A stretch of DNA of 64,000 bases from an uncultured Pelagibacteraceae bacterium. GTDB lineage: Bacteria; Pseudomonadota; Alphaproteobacteria; Pelagibacterales; Pelagibacteraceae. A model generated the notes under the pieces. The model did no database searches. It worked only from the letters and a program-made list of their open reading frames with translations, and was not told the DNA's origin. Of this stretch, positions 57,395 through 64,000 are shown piece by piece; position 1 is the stretch's first letter, and each line of letters starts with the position of its first letter. The position numbers were made by a program, and so were the translations under genes. Location: contig CACIRD010000005.1 of NCBI GenBank assembly GCA_902588965.1, forward strand, positions 30,899 through 94,898. Reading direction: 5' to 3'.

Positions 57395-58327
57395 TTATTT
57401 GAAAAGATCTGATACTGATGTTGAATTGGAAATTCTTTTTAAGGCCTCCCCTAATAAATTTGAAATACTTAATATTTCTATATTTTTAGCGTTGTTTACT
57501 TTTTTTGAGTTATCGATCGTATCAGTAATTACTAAATTTTTGATCGGGGAATTTTTAATTTTTTTTACAGCTTCGCCACTTAATACTCCGTGAGTTATAT
57601 AAACATGTATTTCTTTAGCTCCTTTTGATTTTAGCATTTTGGCTGCATTTACTATAGTTCCACCGGAGTCAATTATGTCGTCAACAATTATACAAACTTT
57701 ATTTTTAATATTACCAATAATATTCATAACTTCAGATTTTCCAGGCGAAGGTCTTCTTTTATCAACAATAGCTAAGCCTACATTTAAAAGTTTACTCAAT
57801 CCTCTTGTTCTAGCTACACCTCCCACATCAGGGGAAACACAAACCACATTATTTAATTTTAATCTTTTTTTAATATGTCTATAAAAAATTGGTGTAGCGT
57901 AAAGGTTATCTACAGGTATATCAAAAAAACCTTGGATTTGTCCCGTATGCAAATCTACAGTAACGACTCTATCCGCTCCAGCTTTAGTTATTAGATTTGA
58001 AACAAGTTTTGCAGAAATTGAGGTTCTAGGCACAACCTTCCTATCTTGTCTAGCATATCCAAAGTATGGAATTACAGCTGTGATATTCTTTGCAGAGGAT
58101 CTCTTCAAAGCATCTATGCATAAAAGCATTTCTAAAAGATTATCATTTGCTGGAGAAGATATAGATTGAATTATAAATATATTATTACCTCTTATATTTT
58201 CATTTATTTCTACATATATTTCTCCATCAGCAAATTTTCTTATATGAGAATTTACCAGTCTAGTTTTAAGAAATTTCGAAATTTTCTCGCTTAATTTTTT
58301 GTTACTGTTTCCAGTTAATAATTTCAT
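57395..58327 (-). CDS. prs: Ribose-phosphate pyrophosphokinase
   Basis: DLHTGQIQGFF, VSPDVGGVAR and DDIIDSGGT. Confidence 0.96.
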   Translation of the reverse strand: MKLLTGNSNKKLSEKISKFLKTRLVNSHIRKFADGEIYVEINENIRGNNIFIIQSISSPANDNLLEMLLCIDALKRSSAKNITAVIPYFGYARQDRKVVPRTSISAKLVSNLITKAGADRVVTVDLHTGQIQGFFDIPVDNLYATPIFYRHIKKRLKLNNVVCVSPDVGGVARTRGLSKLLNVGLAIVDKRRPSPGKSEVMNIIGNIKNKVCIIVDDIIDSGGTIVNAAKMLKSKGAKEIHVYITHGVLSGEAVKKIKNSPIKNLVITDTIDNSKKVNNAKNIEILSISNLLGEALKRISNSTSVSDLFK

Positions 58328-58336
58328 TGAGATACC

Positions 58337-59098
58337 CTAATTAATCATAATTAATGAAATATTTCTACCATAATCATTTTGTTTTTTTAGCAGCGATCTT
58401 CTTGCGCTAAAAAAAGTCCTTTTTTCCATAAAAGTGTCTTTATTAATTACTTCTAGCTTACTTATACCCAACTTTTTTATCTCAAAAGATACGTATTTTT
58501 TTAGGTCAAAGTAAATTTTTTTATTATTAAATTTAAAAAAAATATTATTTTTTCTATTTTTTCTTAGAAATTTTTTTAAAAGATCTCCTTTTACTTCATA
58601 GCTATTTATTGAAATGCAGGGACCGATTGCAACTACCAAATCTTTTATATTACTGCCCTTATTTTTTAAAAAATTAATAACATTTGTTAATATACCCTTG
58701 TAAGCACCTTTCCAACCAGCATGAACAACGCAAATAAATTTTCTTGTGGGGTCATAAATTAATATTGGAGCACAATCGGCAGTCAAAACACCAATTAATA
58801 TATTTTTTTTATTTGTAATTAAAGCATCACATTCTATTCTTTTTTTCAGATTTTTATTTTTTAAGAAATAAAATTTATTACTGTGTTTTTGCTTTGGTAA
58901 AAAAATAGTATTTTTTTTTAAACCAATACTTGATTGAACAATTTTTAAATTTTTTTGGATATTGTGTTTTTTATCTTTTGACCCAATTCCACAGTTTAAA
59001 CTTTTATAAATCCCTTTGGATACACCACCTTTTGACCCAAAAAACCCATGAGATATATTTTTGAATTTTGATAGTTTTTTTGATTTAATCAGTTTCAA
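58337..59098 (-). CDS. pgeF: YfiH/PgeF family (laccase-domain, purine nucleoside phosphorylase-like) protein
   Basis: HGFF N-terminus, TADCAPIL and HAGWKG motifs. Confidence 0.85.
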   Translation of the reverse strand: MKLIKSKKLSKFKNISHGFFGSKGGVSKGIYKSLNCGIGSKDKKHNIQKNLKIVQSSIGLKKNTIFLPKQKHSNKFYFLKNKNLKKRIECDALITNKKNILIGVLTADCAPILIYDPTRKFICVVHAGWKGAYKGILTNVINFLKNKGSNIKDLVVAIGPCISINSYEVKGDLLKKFLRKNRKNNIFFKFNNKKIYFDLKKYVSFEIKKLGISKLEVINKDTFMEKRTFFSARRSLLKKQNDYGRNISLIMIN

Positions 59099-60140
59099 AT
59101 CCTAATTTAAAATTAATTTTTTTATTTGTTAAAAGTAAAACCTTAAAAACTTCTCCCATAAATTTTTTATCTACTAATTTATTTAATCTATAATAGATAT
59201 TTGATTTTTCCATAAATGATAAATTTTTAGATACAATTTCAGCTCTTTCTAAAATTCCCATTTTTTTTAAGAAAGATCCTTGACTTGTCATACCCGAAAC
59301 TTTTAATTTATTAAGTAATCCAATTTTTTTTAAAAATTCAAATGATAAACTGTGAGTAATATCACATTTTTTATAATTACTTATAAAATTGACTATTTTA
59401 TGTCTTTTTATACCTCTTAAGGTATTTTTCATTTTTATATCTGAGTAGCCATAATCAATAATTAGCAAGCCACCGTTATATTTTCTTATTTTTTTTGATA
59501 TTAATTTAAAAATATCGATCATATCTTTGGATATTTCCAAGAAATTCTGATTTTTAGACACATTAATTCCAACTAATTTTTCAATTTTTTTAATACTTAC
59601 TTTAATGTCAATAAATTCTGGATTTCTCCCTTTGTATATTTTTATTTTTCTTTCAAACCATAAGTTCTTTTTTTTTACAAATTGTTTTATAGGCAGAGCA
59701 TCAAAAAACTCATTAGCTAAAAATATACAAGGGCTACTTTTTAATTTATTCAAATTATTTATCCAGACTACATTTTTATTTTTGATTTTTTTTTTCTGCA
59801 TCTTTTTAAGATATGGACTTTTTTCTAAAATAAATATCCTGCATGCTTTTTCTGCAGATGGGAAATTTTTTAAAGTTTTTAAGATAGTATTTATCATTTC
59901 TCCATTGCCAGCGCCAATTTCAATTAAATTAAATTTTTTTGGTTTTTTTAAAGTTTCCCAAAAACTTACAATCCAAACAGCTAAAATTTCTGAGAAGAAT
60001 ATAGAAATATTTGGGGATGTTATAAAATCACCTTTTTTGCCAAATGGATTACTTGACATGTAATACCCATCTTTTTTGTCATATAAAGATTGATGAATAA
60101 ATTTATCAAGACCTAAAACTGAAAAATTTTTACTTTTCAT
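59085..60140 (-). CDS. SAM-dependent methyltransferase, MidA/NDUFAF7 (DUF185) family
   Basis: FITSPNISIFFSE, IEIGAGNGEM and ANEFFDALP are typical of DUF185. Confidence 0.8.
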   Translation of the reverse strand: MKSKNFSVLGLDKFIHQSLYDKKDGYYMSSNPFGKKGDFITSPNISIFFSEILAVWIVSFWETLKKPKKFNLIEIGAGNGEMINTILKTLKNFPSAEKACRIFILEKSPYLKKMQKKKIKNKNVVWINNLNKLKSSPCIFLANEFFDALPIKQFVKKKNLWFERKIKIYKGRNPEFIDIKVSIKKIEKLVGINVSKNQNFLEISKDMIDIFKLISKKIRKYNGGLLIIDYGYSDIKMKNTLRGIKRHKIVNFISNYKKCDITHSLSFEFLKKIGLLNKLKVSGMTSQGSFLKKMGILERAEIVSKNLSFMEKSNIYYRLNKLVDKKFMGEVFKVLLLTNKKINFKLGFETD

Positions 60141-60900
60141 TTTTTTGTTTTAATAAGAAAACACCAAAAATAAATAAAAAAACACTTAATATTTGTCCCA
60201 TTGTCATTTGTAGAAAAAGATATCCCAAATGAAAATCTGGCTCTCTTAAAAATTCTAACAAAAACCTAAATATAGAGTATAAGATTAGAAAGTATGATGA
60301 AATTATTCCAGGTTTATCAAGAAAATTTTTTTTAACTAAGTAATTAAGAATTATAAAAATTACCAATCCTTCTAATATAGCTTCATAAATTTGTGTAGGG
60401 TGACGAACAATATTGTCAATTTTAATAAATAGTACACCAAAAAATAAATCGGTTTCTTTTCCATATAATTCAGAATTTAAAAAATTTGCTATTCTACCTA
60501 AAAAGATTCCTATTGGCGCTACACATGAAATTAAATCTAAAAATTTAAAGGGATTAATATTATTTTTTTTACTAAAAATTAGGGTAGCAATAAAAACTCC
60601 AATAAGTCCACCATGAAAAGACATTCCACCTTTCCACAGCATAAAAATTTCACTAATATTATTTAAATAGTAACTTAAATTATAAAATATAACATAGCCA
60701 ACTCTTCCACCTAGTATTATACCTATTATTAGATACGTTAATAAATCATCAAATATCTTTAGAATAAATTCATCTTTTATTAAATATTTTTTGCAATAAA
60801 CCCATCCAATCAAAATACCCAAAATATAAGCCAATGAATACCATCTTATATCAAGAGATATTACACTAAAAGCGACTGGGTCAAAATTGTTTGTAAACAT
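60130..60900 (-). CDS. lgt: Prolipoprotein diacylglyceryl transferase
   Basis: SFHGGLIG, GRIANFLNSELYG and HPTQIYEA motifs. Confidence 0.9.
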   Translation of the reverse strand: MFTNNFDPVAFSVISLDIRWYSLAYILGILIGWVYCKKYLIKDEFILKIFDDLLTYLIIGIILGGRVGYVIFYNLSYYLNNISEIFMLWKGGMSFHGGLIGVFIATLIFSKKNNINPFKFLDLISCVAPIGIFLGRIANFLNSELYGKETDLFFGVLFIKIDNIVRHPTQIYEAILEGLVIFIILNYLVKKNFLDKPGIISSYFLILYSIFRFLLEFLREPDFHLGYLFLQMTMGQILSVFLFIFGVFLLKQKNEK

Positions 60901-60945
60901 TTATAAAAAATAATATTAAGATATAATATTGTTAATAAACTCTAT

Positions 60946-61185
60946 ATGTCAAAATCTAAATTTGTAATTGATAAGTTGGCTAAGTTATTTGAACAAGGCC
61001 TCATTTCATACAAAGATTTAAGCACTGAAATCATAAATATTTTAAAATCGAAAAAAGAGGAAATTATTTTTAAATTAGATTTGCCAACCAAAGAAGAACT
61101 TGAGGTACTAAAAAAACGTATAGAAAATCTAGAAAATAATAAAAAAGGTAAAAAAAAAAAATCTAGAAAGGTAAAGAAATCTTAA
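60946..61185 (+). CDS. UbiK/BMFP-like small coiled-coil protein
   Basis: KLDLPTKEELEVLKKRIENLE resembles the UbiK (YqiC) core; lysine-rich tail. Confidence 0.55.
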   Translation: MSKSKFVIDKLAKLFEQGLISYKDLSTEIINILKSKKEEIIFKLDLPTKEELEVLKKRIENLENNKKGKKKKSRKVKKS

Positions 61186-62476
61186 CTCTTAAACCATTAA
61201 GTTTAGACTTTTCTAACTTTATATTTCCACCATGTGACTGAATTATATCAGAGGCTATTGACATTCCCAATCCTACGCTAGATTTAGAGTCACCTCTACT
61301 TTTATTAATTTTATAAAACGGCTTAAAGACATTTTCATATTCTTTTTCTGGAATTCCAATGCCATCATCGTCGATAGTTATTAATAGATTTTTATTGATT
61401 TTTTTTAATTCTACATGGATTTTTTCTCCGTATTTAATTGAATTATCAATAAAATTATTAAGACATCTCCTAATAAGGTTTTTTCTTCCATTAAAAAATA
61501 CATCATTTTCTTTTTTAAATTCTATGTTTTCATTATTATATTTTTTAACCGTATTAGAAATTAGTTCTGAAATATTAAAAGTTTCATTAGTTTCACTAGA
61601 ACGATTACTTGCAAACTGCAAATATTCATTTAGCATTTTTTCCATTTCCGAGACATCATCAGATAATTTGTTAGAAAGTTCCTTATCTTTAATAAATGCT
61701 AATTGCAGTTTAATTCTTGTTAATGGTGTTCTTAAATCATGACTTATTCCTGATAGCATTTCGGATCTTTGATTTAGATGCCGCATAATTCTTTTTCTCA
61801 TTCTTTCAAACTCATAACCGGCTTTCCTAATCTCTAACGCTCCAGATGGTCTATATTCACCAATATCCTCTCCTCTCCCAAATTTTTCTGATGCTTTTGC
61901 TAAATTTATTATCGGCCTTGTTTGGTTTTTTAAAAATATTAAGGCAATAGAAATTAATAAAAAGGCAGGAAGTGTAATCCATAAAGCAAAAATTCTTGCT
62001 GAAGAATTTGTAACTCTTGATTTTGGAACTTCAAATTGAAAATATCCATTTAAGTATTTTATTTTTAATAAAATAGAATTTTTATAAGTTGTAGTGTCGA
62101 ACCAATAATTATTAAACATTGATTTAAGTTCTCTTCTCAATGTTCTATCCATGGGGCTAAACCATCTTTCTAAATCATCTTTTGGTAAAATTTTATGTGG
62201 GTAATATTTTGCTTTTATATTTTGGGTTTTTGAAAAAAGTTTTGTTAACGAATCTTTATTATATTGCTCATTATCATAGGCATTAATAAAAAATTTAATT
62301 TCACCTACTAGTGCTCTAGTCATTCCTTTGTTTGTTTTAATCCATAGGCTATCAAAAAAAACAATGGAAATAGTAATTTGTAAAATTATTATTGGAGCAG
62401 CCACAATAAGAAGTGCTCTATAGAATAATTGTTTCGGTAAAATAGTTTTTATAAACTTACTCAATCCATAAAACAT
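61163..62476 (-). CDS. Sensor histidine kinase, EnvZ-like
   Basis: Two TM segments, H-box SHDLRTPLT, N-box NFIDNSIKYG, G1 DDDGIGIP and G2 GLGMSIA. Confidence 0.85.
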   Translation of the reverse strand: MFYGLSKFIKTILPKQLFYRALLIVAAPIIILQITISIVFFDSLWIKTNKGMTRALVGEIKFFINAYDNEQYNKDSLTKLFSKTQNIKAKYYPHKILPKDDLERWFSPMDRTLRRELKSMFNNYWFDTTTYKNSILLKIKYLNGYFQFEVPKSRVTNSSARIFALWITLPAFLLISIALIFLKNQTRPIINLAKASEKFGRGEDIGEYRPSGALEIRKAGYEFERMRKRIMRHLNQRSEMLSGISHDLRTPLTRIKLQLAFIKDKELSNKLSDDVSEMEKMLNEYLQFASNRSSETNETFNISELISNTVKKYNNENIEFKKENDVFFNGRKNLIRRCLNNFIDNSIKYGEKIHVELKKINKNLLITIDDDGIGIPEKEYENVFKPFYKINKSRGDSKSSVGLGMSIASDIIQSHGGNIKLEKSKLNGLRVKISLPF

Positions 62477-63134
62477 AACCAGTTCCCCTTATTGTTTGAA
62501 GATATTTTGGATTTTTCGGATCTAATTCTATTTTTTTTCTTAGCCTAGTAATAATAACGTCTACTGATCTTTCTTTATCTATATTAATTAAGTTTCCAAT
62601 ATAGCTTCTTGAAAAGTGTTCTCCAGGAGAATTAATCATTTTCTCAAGAATAATTTTTTCTGTATTATTAATTTTAAATTCTTCATCATCTTTATGAATT
62701 ATTAATTTATTTAAATCTATTTTAATATTATCAAATTCTATTACTCTTTTATTATTTTTTGATTTTGTTTTTTCTAAAATATTTCTTATTCTTAAAATTA
62801 ATTCTTTAGGCTCAAAAGGTTTTGATAAATAATCATCTGCTCCAATTTCTAATCCTTCTATTCTCTCATTAGCTTCACCTTTTGCAGTGAGTAATATAAT
62901 GGGTGTACTTAATTTATCTTTATTTTTTGAAATAAATTCCAATCCACTCTGCCCAGGCATCATGATATCTAAAACAATTAAATCAAATTTTATATAATTA
63001 ATTTTTTCCTCCGCTTTTTCTGCACTATTGGCAGTTGTTATAAGAAAATTATTTTCTTCGAGATATTTTTTAACTAAATCTCTTATTCCATCATCGTCGT
63101 CCACTACCAGTATATGAGCTTCAAATTTTTTCAT
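62457..63134 (-). CDS. OmpR-family response regulator
   Basis: Receiver domain (VVDDDDGIRD, LDIMMPG, LTAKG) plus winged helix (TIRGTGYVL). Confidence 0.9.
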   Translation of the reverse strand: MKKFEAHILVVDDDDGIRDLVKKYLEENNFLITTANSAEKAEEKINYIKFDLIVLDIMMPGQSGLEFISKNKDKLSTPIILLTAKGEANERIEGLEIGADDYLSKPFEPKELILRIRNILEKTKSKNNKRVIEFDNIKIDLNKLIIHKDDEEFKINNTEKIILEKMINSPGEHFSRSYIGNLINIDKERSVDVIITRLRKKIELDPKNPKYLQTIRGTGYVLWIE

Positions 63135-63564
63135 TTATTATTTTTTCTAATACATTATTAAAATTGTTTACCTCAACTGAACTAGAATTAAGCAAAGCTT
63201 TATAAATTCTACTCTTCTGTGATGAAAAAATTTCATCAAATATCTGTTCACCTTTTTTTGTCAAATAAATGTGTTTTAATCTTGTATCCTTATCGTCTTT
63301 TTTGAATTCAATAGCCTTTAAACTCACAAGATCTTTTAAAACTCTGTTGAGACTTTGTTTTGTAACTTTTAATTTTTGAAGCAATTTAGAGATTGTGATA
63401 CCCTCATGTAAGGATATTAAGTGTATTGCTTTATGATGAGCGATACCCAGGGAATACTTATTTAATGTTTTTTTTGCATCATTGAAGGACTCTCGATATC
63501 CCACAAAAAGTTTTTCAATAAACTCTTTTAAATTCTCGTCTTTTAAATACAAAAGATCTTTCAT
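63121..63564 (-). CDS. MarR-family transcriptional regulator
   Basis: 147 aa with a winged HTH (ITISKLLQKLKVTKQSLNRVLKDLVS...DDKDTRLKHIYLTKKG). Confidence 0.85.
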   Translation of the reverse strand: MKDLLYLKDENLKEFIEKLFVGYRESFNDAKKTLNKYSLGIAHHKAIHLISLHEGITISKLLQKLKVTKQSLNRVLKDLVSLKAIEFKKDDKDTRLKHIYLTKKGEQIFDEIFSSQKSRIYKALLNSSSVEVNNFNNVLEKIINEKI

Positions 63565-63626
63565 ATGGGTAAGTTATATTGACATATTATATATACAAAG
63601 ATATTTTTTTGGAAAATAAAATTCTA

Positions 63627-64000
63627 ATGATACCGTTTGATAAAAGAGAAGGAAAAATTTGGTACAATGGTAATCTTGTTGATTGGCAAGATGTTAAATT
63701 CCATGTTTTAAGTCATGGCTTGCATTATGCAAGCTGTGTATTTGAAGGCCTAAGGGTCTATGATGGAGAAATATTTAAACTTGAAGAACATACTGATAGA
63801 TTTTATCACTCTGCAAAAAGAATGGGTATAGACATACCTTTTAATAAAGATGAAATAAATAATTCTACAAAAAAAATTGTTTTAGCTCAAAAAGTTCAAA
63901 ATGGCTATATTAGACCTTTTGCATGGAGAGGTAGTGAGATGATGGCGATCTCTGCTCAACAAACCAAGATACATGTTGCAATAGCGACATGGGAGTGGGG
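63627..64000 (+). CDS. ilvE: Branched-chain amino acid aminotransferase, N-terminal part (runs off window)
   Basis: Manual translation from the ATG at 63627 gives MIPFDKREGKIWYNGNLVDWQDVKFHVLSHGLHYASCVFEGLRVYDGEIFKLEEHTDRFYHSAKRMGI..., a class IV aminotransferase N-terminus. Confidence 0.9.
   Translation, partial: MIPFDKREGKIWYNGNLVDWQDVKFHVLSHGLHYASCVFEGLRVYDGEIFKLEEHTDRFYHSAKRMGIDIPFNKDEINNSTKKIVLAQKVQNGYIRPFAWRGSEMMAISAQQTKIHVAIATWEW

Noticed and set aside
63579-63607. TTGACA-17 nt-TATTTT upstream of ilvE as a sigma-70 promoter, with weak TATAT/ATATA inverted repeats as a MarR operator.
   Set aside because: It is plausible, but the -10 is poor and such matches are expected by chance in AT-rich spacers. 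It is not strong enough to list as a feature.

Overview
Visibly AT-rich, very gene-dense sequence: about 78 protein genes and one tRNA, with a largest non-coding gap of 140 bp and many 1-23 bp gene overlaps. The content and synteny fit the core chromosome of a streamlined marine alphaproteobacterium of the SAR11/Pelagibacterales type. That assignment is an inference from composition, compaction and alphaproteobacterial gene neighbourhoods, not a database hit. Supporting neighbourhoods are the split F0 operon atpI-B-E-F'-F, petABC, ccrM, lgt-MidA-yfiH, mutY/DUF721/dsbA/smc and ispH-thrB-rnhA. In order, the window holds groESL, ribF-ileS-lspA, purD, a lipid A/Kdo operon (ubiA-msbA-waaA-lpxK-lpxL) and a quinone/redox cluster. 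It continues with a complete aa3-type cytochrome c oxidase locus with assembly genes, thrC, and the retinal pathway crtI-crtB-crtY-blh fused without gaps to ispH-thrB-rnhA. Then come ATP synthase F0, smc, mutY, ccrM, rnhB, ispE, tRNA-Gln, cca, greA, hemF, the cytochrome bc1 genes, ychF-pth-rplY-prs, lgt, a MarR/OmpR/EnvZ-type module and the start of ilvE. I found no CRISPR, transposase, integrase, prophage, rRNA or recognisable defence or toxin system, and no convincing self-contained novel multi-gene system. The observations most worth follow-up are: (1) an SMC protein with canonical heads but apparently no hinge domain; (2) a perfect 20-bp GC-rich direct repeat bracketing a single orphan secreted-protein gene in the largest intergenic gap, together with a perfect 16-bp palindrome; (3) a tRNA-Gln whose encoded CCA end lies 3 nt before the start codon of the CCA-adding enzyme gene; (4) a gap-free retinal/isoprenoid operon; (5) extra uncharacterised membrane ORFs in the oxidase locus. 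All product calls come from reading the supplied translations by eye. No searches were run.
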